A DNA stretch of 64,000 bases from the IMG/VR virus record IMGVR_UViG_3300042402_002792. One strand, written 5' to 3'. This stretch comes from a virus (Duplodnaviria; Heunggongvirae; Uroviricota; Caudoviricetes). Both the position numbers and the translations under genes were made by a program. This document shows positions 47,201 to 57,053 of the stretch, one piece after another. Under the pieces are notes generated by a model. That model was not told the DNA's origin, searched no databases, and saw only the letters and a list, made by a program, of their open reading frames with translations. Positions within the stretch are counted from its first letter, which is position 1. Every line of letters begins with the position of its first letter.

Positions 47201-50200
47201 CACCGTGAGCAGGGCCACCTGTACCTAACTGTACACCACCATCAAACGGTCTGTGTAAAAAGTAACTATCTGGCCTTCCGTATAAAATACCAGTTAATGT
47301 GTTAGCAATTGTTCCAGCAGCTCTAGCGGTATATCTTAAAGTAGTTGATGTTGGCACTTGTTCAACAAAGTAGGCACCTGCTGCAAACTGAGCATTTGCA
47401 CCTGAACTTGTAATTTGGACAGTGATAGTATTTCCTGGAACAAAACCGTGCGCTGTAGCAAATGTTACTTCAATAACACCGATAGCACTAAAAGTTATGC
47501 CAGTATTTCCGCTGGCAATTTGTGCCGTAGTTGGTGCGTTAATAGTGAATGCGCTAATAAAGTTTTGATTACCAGCAGTTATAGGAGTTCCAGCAGTTGA
47601 TACTGACTGTATTAATCCGCCTGGACTTACTGATGCAATTTGTATAGTGGCCGGAGTGGCAACAGATGATACTGAAAAACTTGCATTACCAGTTCTAGGT
47701 GTACCTGATACAGTTATGGCATTTATTACACCAGCCGATACTCCAGTGACTGTAACAGTACAGTCATTTGCTGGGCTGGTTCCACCTAGATTAGTTCCTA
47801 AGATTCTTATCTGATTACCGTTAGCATATCCAGTACCACCGCCATTTATTGTACCTGCATAAATGCCGCCGGAAAAATTAATATTAAATGTTGCACCGGT
47901 TCCTACACCTGATATGTTTGTTCCTGATCTATTAAGATAAAAACCAGAAGCAGCAATAGTTAGGGTATTACCGGCAGTATATAATTGCCCACCGTTATTA
48001 AGAGTAACAGATGTTACTTGTCCATTTGATGCAGATGTAATTGTAATAACAGAATCATTGCCTCCCCCATTAATTCTTACAGTATCATTATCTTGATATC
48101 CTGATCCAGTGGCACTAATAAACACTCCGGTAATAGTGCCAGAACTAGCTGTATATGCAAGAGTAAGTCCAGAACCTGTTCCAGTTAAAGTAGTAGTAGG
48201 TCCAAAACCGCTAGTATAACCTGTTCCACCGTTGGTAATACCAACACTTAACACACTACCAGTGCTGTCGTTGGCCACTATGTCAACAGTTGCACCGCTA
48301 CCAGAACCCCCCGAACAAGCTACATTATTTTGACTAACATATCCGCTACCAAAAGTTTGTAACGATCCAACTTGAATAATTCTTCCTGTGACAATACCTC
48401 CGATTGTTACAGTGTTACCTACAGTATAATTACTACCAGCAGTAGCTACAGTTGCAGATGTTACTGTGCCACCTGATAAAACAACATCTACAGTAAGACC
48501 ACTTCCTGATCCGCCAGTGGTAGGAAGACCTGTACTGTTTTGGTATCCTGATCCGCCAGTTATTGAAGTATTATCTAATGTACTTACTGTATCTTTATCA
48601 CTGGCTGCTGTAACTGTTATGGTTGCTGTATTAGTAGGCGCCGTTCCGCCTAATTGTGTTCCTAAAATTGTGATAGTGTCATTGGTACTGTATCTCGATC
48701 CAGGTGTTACTACTGTGGTTGTATATGTAGCTCCTGATCGACTAACATCAAAAAGTGCATTTGTACCTGTACCTGTAGTGGAGTTTTGTAGTAAATTGCT
48801 ATAAGTTTGGTTCGTACCTAAAATTATAGATGTTAATGCTCCACTTAAAGAAACTTCGTTGCCTACTATGTTAGTAACTGCAACAGATTGTCCGTCTCCT
48901 CGATCAAAAACTAAACCAGGCCCGATACCTGCCAACGAGTTAACTTGAATACTAGTATCACCTATGTTGCCATTTACTGTTAACGTTGTAGTTGCTGCTG
49001 TACCACCAGAACCTGTGATAGCTGTTACTTGTGTTCCAGGTGTTATTCCAGTTCCACTAAGTGGAGATCCAATCGGAGGAGGTGCACCTGTAAAACCTAT
49101 AATATCACTGCCAGAGGGTGTTATTAATTGTGTAGTAATAGATCCATTTGAACCAGCTGAGAATACGCTGAATGCTGGACTACCAACTGCGGAGCCTGTG
49201 TAAAAACCTGCTTTTCTAAGTTGAGTGTAGGTTGAGCTCAATTGCTCACCGTTAGTAGTTCCTACTTTAGATTTGGCATAGAATGTAAAACTATATGATG
49301 TTGGTACAGAACTTACTAAGAACGTTCCTTCAGCTCGACTAAAACCTGTGATACTATTAGCCAAAGCTTTGATTGTGAACGGACTATTAACTAAAAATCC
49401 GTGTTCATTGACTGTGGTCACAGTAATAAGACTAGAACCAGATCCGGCAGTAGCAGCACTAGCATCAGTAACTACACTTACAACAGCTAAGTCGCTACCA
49501 GGTATTTCGTACACACTAGGATAATTTCGCATTAACGCAATAGCCTGCCACTTGGTTGGCTGTAATCCGTATTCAAAGTCAGCATCAAGCATACTTTGTG
49601 GAATACCTACTTTCTGTCGTTCCATTGCATCTGTAGCAATAGAATTTAATCGTACGGTTTGTTCTTTTCCTTCTACAAATATTTGTAAATTGTCGGTGAC
49701 CATCATGCGACTTGTATCAACATCAAGTACTACTGTGGTAATTTTTTCAATTCCGTATAACGCACCTGGAAAATCATTATCTGAAAATTCACTATAAGTA
49801 ACATCGGCTGCACTAGCACTATCTGCAAAATTGTAGATAATGGTATTTCTAGTTGTATTAGTGATTAATAATAAATCTTTAAGTTTATAATAACCGGGAA
49901 ATTTAACTATGCCTCGATTGGTAATAGGTGTTGGAAGTTGCGATAATCCGTCATCTATAACATTAATAATAATATTTGAAAGAGTGGTTAGTTTAGTTTT
50001 TCCTGCAGGCTCAACAGTATATGCTAGATTGACAGTTTGAGCAATTTCTATACTTGAATCTAGTAATTCTTGATAAGAAGTAGCTTCAACGTTTTCTAAG
50101 ACAAAATTTAAAATTAAATTACGTAAAAATGTATGAGCAGAAACTTCCGGCGCTCTATCTCCGTCAATTTGAGGAATGCCATTTTCAAAATACTTACTAG

Positions 50201-50477
50201 CAACACTGACTGTCTGCCATGTACCGCCTTTTTTAATATCGCTAATGTATGCTTCGATTACATAACTAGTATCTCTACGGCATTTTTCTGCATTATAAGT
50301 GTAAAAAATATAAGGACTAATATTATTATTAATATTATATTGAATAAATGATATTACTTCTTCTATCAAAAATTTCTTGTTTAACTCTAAAATAGCCACA
50401 GTATTAGGAAACTGATTAATATCAGGCAAAACTGTTCCTGGATAAAATTTATAGTTAAGTATTTGTTTCTTTGCCAT
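44202..50477 (-). CDS. Very large tail fibre/baseplate-associated protein (2091 aa)
   Basis: G/T/S-rich repeats (GGSGY...GD/NT.TI), three xxLSxxRxDFLI repeats, conserved RRSSTF/WYGAG-type domain. Confidence 0.8.
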   Translation of the reverse strand: MAKKQILNYKFYPGTVLPDINQFPNTVAILELNKKFLIEEVISFIQYNINNNISPYIFYTYNAEKCRRDTSYVIEAYISDIKKGGTWQTVSVASKYFENGIPQIDGDRAPEVSAHTFLRNLILNFVLENVEATSYQELLDSSIEIAQTVNLAYTVEPAGKTKLTTLSNIIINVIDDGLSQLPTPITNRGIVKFPGYYKLKDLLLITNTTRNTIIYNFADSASAADVTYSEFSDNDFPGALYGIEKITTVVLDVDTSRMMVTDNLQIFVEGKEQTVRLNSIATDAMERQKVGIPQSMLDADFEYGLQPTKWQAIALMRNYPSVYEIPGSDLAVVSVVTDASAATAGSGSSLITVTTVNEHGFLVNSPFTIKALANSITGFSRAEGTFLVSSVPTSYSFTFYAKSKVGTTNGEQLSSTYTQLRKAGFYTGSAVGSPAFSVFSAGSNGSITTQLITPSGSDIIGFTGAPPPIGSPLSGTGITPGTQVTAITGSGGTAATTTLTVNGNIGDTSIQVNSLAGIGPGLVFDRGDGQSVAVTNIVGNEVSLSGALTSIILGTNQTYSNLLQNSTTGTGTNALFDVSRSGATYTTTVVTPGSRYSTNDTITILGTQLGGTAPTNTATITVTAASDKDTVSTLDNTSITGGSGYQNSTGLPTTGGSGSGLTVDVVLSGGTVTSATVATAGSNYTVGNTVTIGGIVTGRIIQVGSLQTFGSGYVSQNNVACSGGSGSGATVDIVANDSTGSVLSVGITNGGTGYTSGFGPTTTLTGTGSGLTLAYTASSGTITGVFISATGSGYQDNDTVRINGGGNDSVITITSASNGQVTSVTLNNGGQLYTAGNTLTIAASGFYLNRSGTNISGVGTGATFNINFSGGIYAGTINGGGTGYANGNQIRILGTNLGGTSPANDCTVTVTGVSAGVINAITVSGTPRTGNASFSVSSVATPATIQIASVSPGGLIQSVSTAGTPITAGNQNFISAFTINAPTTAQIASGNTGITFSAIGVIEVTFATAHGFVPGNTITVQITSSGANAQFAAGAYFVEQVPTSTTLRYTARAAGTIANTLTGILYGRPDSYFLHRPFDGGVQLGTGGPAHGASAIRMSKKYIRYQSGKGVMYNTGALFAPSYDIRNITSSGTSIGSTITVNLDDTDHGCQVGAQVTISGVLTTGYNGVYEVIDIVDERTFRISASTVLGNTAPDLDSPCQMTIRKWHGSTVRAGIFDDQNGMFYEYDGQKLYAVRRSSTFQVAGVIAVNANSNLCTGSNTRFTQQLASGDKIVIRGMTHTVTEVISDTQMTMAPDYRGVSNAAAVKICKIIDLKVAQEDWNNDPCNGTGPSGYNIDIGKMQMIGIQHTWYGAGFIDFMLRGPDGNYVFAHRFRNSNVNTEAYMRTGNQPVRYEVVNEGARTKLPSNIDGSVTSIPLNEARYFPSSGIVLIDSELVRYTGNDGNNLTGCTRGATMTQFVAGAQRTFTGGLAVTHARNTGVVLVSNTITPIISHWGSAFLLDGQFDSDRGYIFNYAATGFSASTSKTTAFLIRLAPSVSNAQTGDLGERELLNRAQLLLSSISVTSDTGTGGIVVEGVLNPINYPEDPTKITWTTLNSQAAGGQPSFAQIASGGSVSWGAGTTTTTATVQGAFTTTLTATSFAPQTTSLTAISFSAVTYNVVAPSFSTFTNSTYARSLQTNRTDFLILQSTVNSLTTPIRAGDSVFNASFLNPARSVSSVTNNYISISGQTYCRIVMNTVASSNSNNGPGQDQTITVTSSIAATYGAALSNARTDFLITQAQASTTTATTTDVLSLATFLTTGQTISSITQNYATVSGTAYARVVMSSAANASSTSGSGNNQTITSTSAATARYASALSTGRNDFLITNAQASGAGIAVGDTLSIATFITGGQTITGITSSFITISSVTYTRITMSANANSSSPAGSGNNQTVTVTASGSAASYANTNYLFFTSASWTASGAIIGTKIAPSYTQFPAGTTVTAISTRTFGAVTVYRVTFTQAATASIAAAATVSFEFGANYALPGEQVFSFISNPGETSTLSLEELKELTSTAIGGRGTFPNGPDVLAINVYKVAGVAVPANVILRWGEAQA

Positions 50478-50488
50478 TCTTATTCCTC

Positions 50489-51733
50489 TTAGCTAAGTGC
50501 TATACCCATAGCAATTGCTCTTGTGTCTACATATTTTTTATTAGTGATATGATTATCTATAAGTGGTTTAGTAGGAGATGTAATATTGCCACTAACAGTT
50601 AAATTTGCTGCTGTAGTAGTTCCGGTAAATGATGAATCATTAAACATTGTAGTCTTTGATTCATTTGTTACATTACCCAAACCTACCATTGATTTAGAAA
50701 TACCTGCAACGGTTCCTGTAAATGTTGGATTATTAATAGGAGCTTTTTCACTTAACCCGTCATCAACGTAAGTTTTTACTGCCGCTTCTGTAGGAACAGC
50801 AGTATTACTATTACCTGCTAAACTTGTATCTATAGAGATAGAATTAATTTCAGCAGCTGATCCTGTAAAATTCAAACTACTAAGATTAACTATATTTCCA
50901 TTGTCTTGAGCATCTATGGTTCCTGTAAAGTCTGCATTAAAAAAAGTAACAATATCAGTTAAAACATCATACTTAAAATTACTTGAACCACCAAACACAC
51001 CGTTACTATTAAATTGAATATCACCACTTACACCGCCTGGTGGATTAGAAGATCCGCCACCCCCACCTCCACCGCCAGTCATAGGAATCCAGCTTAACGC
51101 ACCTGATCCATTAGTAGATAACACATATCCTACAGTTCCGTCAGCGGCCGGCCATTGATAAGTTGTATTAACAGTTAAGTTTGCAGGCGCCTTAAACGCA
51201 ATATGGTTGTCATTGTTTGTATCATTGAATCTTAGTTCGCTTGCAGATCTAATAGTAAGTGTTGATCCGTATGATCCAATAGTTGTAACAGTTAAACTGC
51301 CTGTTACCTGACTGTTACCAGTTATATTAGCACCACCAGAGCTTAATGTTAAATTTGTTCCGCTTAAAGCTCCAGAAAATGTACCTGAACTGCCTACATT
51401 AAGGGCGCCGCCAATTCCTACACCGCCTAAAACTACTAAAGCACCAGAACCAGTTCCTGAACTAGATGAGCTATTTTGTATCTGCAACGTATTAGAAATA
51501 CTGCCGCCATTAAAACTACTAGTTAATGATAACGGTCCCCACGAACTAGTAGCACCATTGTAGTACAAAACTTGCCCGTCTTGAACTCCTGTTAAATCTA
51601 CATCAGTTAGATCGTCAAGATTACTGCCAGGAGGTTTAATATTCCAGGCAGTGCCACTCCAGATCCATGTATTAGATCCTACAGTGAAATTTTGATTAAC
51701 GATAGGATTACTGGGGAAATTAATTGCTGGCAT
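50489..51733 (-). CDS. Tail fibre protein (414 aa)
   Basis: INFPSNP..NQ.FT..W.W.G..W start; GALVVLGGVGIGG; VGLGNVTNESK; HITNKKYVD. Confidence 0.75.
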   Translation of the reverse strand: MPAINFPSNPIVNQNFTVGSNTWIWSGTAWNIKPPGSNLDDLTDVDLTGVQDGQVLYYNGATSSWGPLSLTSSFNGGSISNTLQIQNSSSSSGTGSGALVVLGGVGIGGALNVGSSGTFSGALSGTNLTLSSGGANITGNSQVTGSLTVTTIGSYGSTLTIRSASELRFNDTNNDNHIAFKAPANLTVNTTYQWPAADGTVGYVLSTNGSGALSWIPMTGGGGGGGGSSNPPGGVSGDIQFNSNGVFGGSSNFKYDVLTDIVTFFNADFTGTIDAQDNGNIVNLSSLNFTGSAAEINSISIDTSLAGNSNTAVPTEAAVKTYVDDGLSEKAPINNPTFTGTVAGISKSMVGLGNVTNESKTTMFNDSSFTGTTTAANLTVSGNITSPTKPLIDNHITNKKYVDTRAIAMGIALS

Positions 51734-51753
51734 AATATAATATTTTTATATAT

Positions 51754-53271
51754 TTAGCTTCGATTTATTGTCAAGGGATACTGACTGTTAAACGGCCAAA
51801 ATAGGTATCTATTAGGACTTCCTTGCAGGCTTTGCGTATCAGTATATGATGTAGAACCAGAATCTGCTAAACGATTCTTTGTGGTAAATCTCGCCAACCA
51901 GTTAATACAGTTATAAGCATCATATGTTTTTCTGTTGCCTAATAAACAAGCAAGAACACCAGATACTTGTGGTGCAGCCATACTAGTGCCTTGTATTTTT
52001 TTAATTAAAAAACTGGCATTATCAGGATGAGCAACTGCTCCTGATGCTAGCGTAGCACCGTTTGGCATAGCACTTTGCACAGCTTCTCCGGGAGCATATA
52101 CTGTAATTGCAGGCCCGCAGGTACTAAATGCAGATTTGTATTCATTTAAACTAGATTGAATAGCCCCAACACTGATAACCCCATTAGGACCATTAGGGGT
52201 AGACCCTCTATGATAATACCTAGTTGATCCTCCGCTGGTAGTATAATAATTATCGTAATCTAAACCGCCAGACACATCCATTTTATGAGTATCATTACCT
52301 GCTGCGGCTACTAAAATTATACCTGCATCGATACAGGCAGTGATGTCAGCATCTACACTAGCTACTCTTATAGGGTGTGTATAACTTCCTTGATCCTGAT
52401 TATAAACTGTTTCAACCATACCATAGGCACTTTGTGTAGTTGTTCCAGTCCAAGGTGTTCCTCTGTAGTTACCGCCTGTAATATTTGAATAGTAATTAAA
52501 ATAACCCCAACTCATGTTAACTACAGTGGGTACAAAACCTAACTTAGTATTATGCCAAAGTCTAATCATATTAAAACTAGCACTTATACCAAAAGCATCA
52601 GTGTCAAATATTTTTATAGCGTAAATGTTGGCCGCTTTCGCCCACCCGTATCTACGTCCGGCCGCAGTTCCTGCACAATGCGTTCCGTGACCGTATTGAT
52701 CTGTGTAGTGAGCAGGACCCTGTGTATAGATACCAGTTTGCCCAGATACTTGTGGCCAGTTAACTTGTTGAAGTCTAGAAGTTACACCGTCTTGTGATAA
52801 CCATTCCGGGTGTCCTACTTCGATACCACTGTCTTGTACAACAACATCGACACCAGCTCCTATAGCTGTATATGGATGACTATATGTGTAATTGAGTGTA
52901 GTATAAGGATTAGCTGCATTCATACATGCAGGAAAGGCCCACGCATAATGTGCATTATTTTGTGCTGTAGATCTACTGTGATTTCTTGCAGGATCAATTA
53001 AATTGTGCTTTAGGATTATACCGTTTTCTACTTTGCTACCATACCGCACATCGATAATTCTAGGATCTTGTTTTAACAATTCAGCTTCTGCTCTAGTTAA
53101 TACAACATCAAAATTGTAAAGGCTATCATTTTTTTCGTTCCACATTTCTACTTTACGATCTGGAACAAAATTGTTTGTAGCCCCTAGGCTACAAATTTCT
53201 TCCATTAAGGCATCGATGTCGACACCTTTATGTACAGTAACTACACAACGATTTTGATCTTCTGTACTCAT
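51754..53271 (-). CDS. Subtilisin-like S8 serine protease
   Basis: Catalytic triad VQDSG, HGTHCAG, GTSMAAP; start at 53271 (ATGA overlap). Confidence 0.92.
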   Translation of the reverse strand: MSTEDQNRCVVTVHKGVDIDALMEEICSLGATNNFVPDRKVEMWNEKNDSLYNFDVVLTRAEAELLKQDPRIIDVRYGSKVENGIILKHNLIDPARNHSRSTAQNNAHYAWAFPACMNAANPYTTLNYTYSHPYTAIGAGVDVVVQDSGIEVGHPEWLSQDGVTSRLQQVNWPQVSGQTGIYTQGPAHYTDQYGHGTHCAGTAAGRRYGWAKAANIYAIKIFDTDAFGISASFNMIRLWHNTKLGFVPTVVNMSWGYFNYYSNITGGNYRGTPWTGTTTQSAYGMVETVYNQDQGSYTHPIRVASVDADITACIDAGIILVAAAGNDTHKMDVSGGLDYDNYYTTSGGSTRYYHRGSTPNGPNGVISVGAIQSSLNEYKSAFSTCGPAITVYAPGEAVQSAMPNGATLASGAVAHPDNASFLIKKIQGTSMAAPQVSGVLACLLGNRKTYDAYNCINWLARFTTKNRLADSGSTSYTDTQSLQGSPNRYLFWPFNSQYPLTINRS

Positions 53272-55811
53272 ATTGTTGCTATATCTTTGACAGTAATAGT
53301 TCCAGTCATACCACCGTGATTTTGACAAACATATCTAAATGTACCTGTAACACTACTAGGTACTTTCCAATATACTGTACCGTCTACTTTCGCTTGAGCG
53401 GCCGAGCCTGTACTTATAGTACCGAGAGTGCTTACATGCACTAACCCTGTGTTGTAATTTGTAAATCCAGCACCAGTATTGTTCTGTATCAAGAACGGAT
53501 GACTAGGACCACTGGTTATATTAAAAGAAATTGTAGTGCCACTTAAAGCATATATAGTTGGATTATCAGTAGTAGGACCGTATTGATCAAATCTATAAGC
53601 CGATGAACCATTTGCTGATACAACTAATTTAGTAATAGCTGGCAAATAAATTTGGTCTATAGTTAATCCAGCTGAGTCAGTTAACTGAGTAAACGCAGTA
53701 GCTCCTGCTGATTGAGAATTAGTAATGGTAATAGTATCAGTTGTAGCATTAGTAGTAATTGTGATACCTGTGCCGGCTACCAGTGTAAGTGTATCTGATG
53801 AACTGTCAGCTACAACACTAGACTGTCCGGCAACTGTGATAGTTTCAAAACTATTACTGCTAGAGCCAGCTGATACTGTAGACCAACTTAAAACACCTGA
53901 CCCGTTAGTTGTAAGCACTTGTCCAAGTGATCCGCCATTAATAACAACATTAGATACTGTACCTAAAGTTACTGTGCCACTAAATGTAGGACCACTAAAC
54001 ATAGTGGCTTTAGATTCATTAGTTACATTGCCTAGACCAACTTTCGATGCTGCTAAACTGGTTATCCATGTTGGATCAGCATATGATCCATTAGTATACA
54101 CACCATTAGTCACAGTTCCGGCATTGCCTGATATACTACCTGTAATTGTATTAGTAACTGATAAGTTAGCTAGAACGCCAACACTGGTTAAACTACTGCT
54201 AACCACATTACTGGCTAGTGTTGTACCAGTGAGTGTTCCGGCTGCGGCAACAGTACTAGCAGGGATACGCTGCCATATTGTACCATTATATATTACATTA
54301 TCACCGGCAACAAATGTAATACTACCTGATCCTAAATTCCTAGTGCCGCCAACACTAACTGCATATTGCCAGCCTGTTGTGCCGCTGCCGTCTGCTAGTG
54401 TTGGAGTGTTTGTACTTGCATCCCATGTTCCTTTAAAAACTACAGCACCAGTAAGACTACTAGGAATTTGACTAGCTGCCAGTTTACCATCTGATCCTAA
54501 ACTAGCTATTCCGTTAGCAATACCAACGTTGCCTAGTGTAGCAGTTCCCGATACTTCAATATCTCCATTTAAAATTAATGCTCCGGCGCCACCACCTGTG
54601 TTAAAAACAAAATCTGAAGCACTGGTATATGTTGGTGTACCTGTACCAGAACTTTGTAATACTGTAGCTGTAACAGTGTCAAAAATTACATCATCGGTTG
54701 TGTTTAAATTTTGATTAAATCCACTACTGATTGTTATTGTGTCAGAGGTAGCATTACCACTGATAGATATACCTGTACCAGCAGCAAAAGTTAGTGTATC
54801 ATTAGAAGAATCAGCTACTAGTGTAGCGCCACCGGATATACTAACAATATTAAATGTATTAGGTATTCCTGTATTTGTAATAGTAAGGGTATCTGTACCT
54901 GGTACTGTTGAAATAGAAATACCAGTGCCTGCAGACATAGTTAAAATATCGTTATCAGTTTCAGCAACAATATCACTTTGTCCTGGAACTGATATAGTTC
55001 CAAAAGAAGGACCACCTCCGCCGCCTCCACCTGATGCACTAATAGTAATAGTGTCATTAGTAGCGTTGGTTGTAATTGTAACGTTTGTTCCTGCAACTAA
55101 TGTTAACGTATCGTTGGATTGATCAGCTACTACATTGGTTTGTCCTGCAACTGCAACTGTACCGAATGATGCTAGTCCAGCACCGCTTACATCAGCTTGT
55201 GTAGCCAACGGTACCCACGCTCCAGCATGAGCAAAGTAAACTCTACCAGTTTCGTGTACGTGTGCTAGCATTCCGTGCCATGTAACCGGATTAACTTCTG
55301 TATTTAGATCAGTTAATGTATCCCAGTGAAATCTAATAAAATTCTTTTGGCCACTAGCAGTTAAAGAACCGGTTATAGTTAGTCGACTAGATTCCCATGT
55401 GAGCTCTGCAAGATCATCGACACTAGTTCCAGCTGTTGGATAATAGGCTAGCTTATTAGCTGATCCAGCAAGCACAGTACCACTGCCGCCCCCACCTCCT
55501 CCACCACTGCCTATTAGTCCAGCTGGAACTATTGGAGCAATCCATTGATTGCTAGTACCATCTTCATAATAGATATAAAAGGCGCCTGTACCAGAATTAA
55601 ACCATAAACTACCTTGAGTAGGGCTAGTTGGAGCAGTTTCTTGAACACTTACACTGGCATTTAAAAGTGTACCGCCGAGAAGAGTTCCGTCAAAAATCCT
55701 AAGACTTTTTGACGTACTATCGTAAAATATTTCACCTTTATTACCAGAGATCCGGTCTAATTCTGACTTAGATTTGGGTAATAAACGTAATGAACGTACA
55801 GGTATAGACAT
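53268..55811 (-). CDS. Tail fibre/virion protein with four internal repeats and C-terminal cupredoxin-like domain
   Basis: SFxTIxVxGQxxxVADxxxDTLTLxAG x4; HPF...YVCQNHGGM. Confidence 0.75.
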   Translation of the reverse strand: MSIPVRSLRLLPKSKSELDRISGNKGEIFYDSTSKSLRIFDGTLLGGTLLNASVSVQETAPTSPTQGSLWFNSGTGAFYIYYEDGTSNQWIAPIVPAGLIGSGGGGGGGSGTVLAGSANKLAYYPTAGTSVDDLAELTWESSRLTITGSLTASGQKNFIRFHWDTLTDLNTEVNPVTWHGMLAHVHETGRVYFAHAGAWVPLATQADVSGAGLASFGTVAVAGQTNVVADQSNDTLTLVAGTNVTITTNATNDTITISASGGGGGGGPSFGTISVPGQSDIVAETDNDILTMSAGTGISISTVPGTDTLTITNTGIPNTFNIVSISGGATLVADSSNDTLTFAAGTGISISGNATSDTITISSGFNQNLNTTDDVIFDTVTATVLQSSGTGTPTYTSASDFVFNTGGGAGALILNGDIEVSGTATLGNVGIANGIASLGSDGKLAASQIPSSLTGAVVFKGTWDASTNTPTLADGSGTTGWQYAVSVGGTRNLGSGSITFVAGDNVIYNGTIWQRIPASTVAAAGTLTGTTLASNVVSSSLTSVGVLANLSVTNTITGSISGNAGTVTNGVYTNGSYADPTWITSLAASKVGLGNVTNESKATMFSGPTFSGTVTLGTVSNVVINGGSLGQVLTTNGSGVLSWSTVSAGSSSNSFETITVAGQSSVVADSSSDTLTLVAGTGITITTNATTDTITITNSQSAGATAFTQLTDSAGLTIDQIYLPAITKLVVSANGSSAYRFDQYGPTTDNPTIYALSGTTISFNITSGPSHPFLIQNNTGAGFTNYNTGLVHVSTLGTISTGSAAQAKVDGTVYWKVPSSVTGTFRYVCQNHGGMTGTITVKDIATI

Positions 55812-55928
55812 ATGTTTTCACTCTTTATTGATATTTATCGGTATTATGTCTATTAGAAAATTCACCAAACTGTTTATTTTTACTTGATTTTTACTTGATT
55901 TATTAGCAGAAACACGTATAATACAAAC

Positions 55929-56183
55929 ATGGGATCTTTAGAAGAATATTTTAGAAAAAATCGACCTCAATCTATATGGCATATAGGAGAACGAGTATTT
56001 GGTTATTGGAACAAGATACCGTTTATTGGAACAGTTGGTAATGACAACATGATCAATGAACGTGAAGGTCCGAGAGTATCAATATTTCTCGATCTACCTA
56101 TCAAGCACAAAGACAAGATTCATAATATAATCTTTGTCAAACAAAAAGATATTAAACGCCTAAACGATTTTAGCAATAATTGA
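55929..56183 (+). CDS. Hypothetical protein (84 aa)
   Basis: Sigma70-like promoter, ATG 6 nt after TATAAT. Confidence 0.7.
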   Translation: MGSLEEYFRKNRPQSIWHIGERVFGYWNKIPFIGTVGNDNMINEREGPRVSIFLDLPIKHKDKIHNIIFVKQKDIKRLNDFSNN

Positions 56184-56264
56184 TTTTTCCTATTGCTGCT
56201 ATTAAAAAATATTAGGCAAAACTAATGGAAAACCATTGATTTATAGCGTAAATAAATGTATAAT
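56179..56264 (+). promoter_or_regulatory. OxyR-like site plus sigma70 promoter of ahpC
   Basis: ATTG-N7-CTAT-N7-ATTA-N7-TTAG-N7-TAAT, then TTGATT-17-TATAAT. Confidence 0.5.
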
Positions 56265-56323
56265 AACTGTACAGTACAAAATATGTACAGGTAAGTTTTT
56301 CATTCACACACAAAGGAGATAAT

Positions 56324-56863
56324 ATGAAAACAGTTGGCGACAAATTAGCCCCATTCGCAATCACAGGCGTTAAGCCAGGACAACCAGAAGATGCATTCTA
56401 TACTATTACAGAAAATAGTTTTGAAGGCAAGTGGAAAGTAATCGTTTACTATCCAAAAGATTTTACATTTGTATGCCCTACAGAAATCGTAGCTTACGAC
56501 AAATTGGCAAGTGACTTTGCTGACCGTGATGCAGTATTGCTAACAGGTTCAACAGACAACGAGTTCTGCAAAGTAGCATGGCAAAATGCTCATGCTGATT
56601 TGAAGAAAATCACACATCATCAATTTGCTGACACACAACGTGGCGAGTTGAGCTTGATTGAGCAGTTGGGCGTATTCTATGCTCCAGCAGGTGCGGCTCT
56701 TCGTGCAACATTCATTGTTGATCCAAACAATGAAATTCAACACGTCACAGTCAACAATTTAAACGTTGGTCGTAGTCCAGAAGAAACACTTCGTGTATTG
56801 GACGCATTGCAAACTGGCGAACTGTGTGCTTGCAACCGTACAGTCGGTGGTGAGACATTATAA
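56324..56863 (+). CDS. ahpC: Peroxiredoxin AhpC
   Basis: YPKDFTFVCPTE, GELCAC. Confidence 0.96.
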   Translation: MKTVGDKLAPFAITGVKPGQPEDAFYTITENSFEGKWKVIVYYPKDFTFVCPTEIVAYDKLASDFADRDAVLLTGSTDNEFCKVAWQNAHADLKKITHHQFADTQRGELSLIEQLGVFYAPAGAALRATFIVDPNNEIQHVTVNNLNVGRSPEETLRVLDALQTGELCACNRTVGGETL

Positions 56864-57051
56864 TGCTAAAATTCTTTAGCCGCACATCGAATCATAAGTA
56901 TCCGTTGATGCGTCAACCTGATCAACTGCCTAGATGCTACGAGCTAACAGAACAGGAACGCTTGCAGAGAATTAAAGAGTGGAATAATCGTAATGTTTGG
57001 AACACTCCTGATCTCTCTGAAGAAGATGCGAACACTTACTACGGAGCATGA
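56863..57051 (+). CDS. Hypothetical protein (62 aa)
   Basis: Coupled on both sides. Confidence 0.6.
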   Translation: MLKFFSRTSNHKYPLMRQPDQLPRCYELTEQERLQRIKEWNNRNVWNTPDLSEEDANTYYGA

Positions 57052-57053
57052 TT

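Noticed and set aside
44202-55811. Many + strand ORFs (e.g. 45316, 48466, 53725..54471, 54739)
   Set aside because: Antisense shadows of G/T/S-rich fibre genes, whose codon bias leaves few stops on the opposite strand
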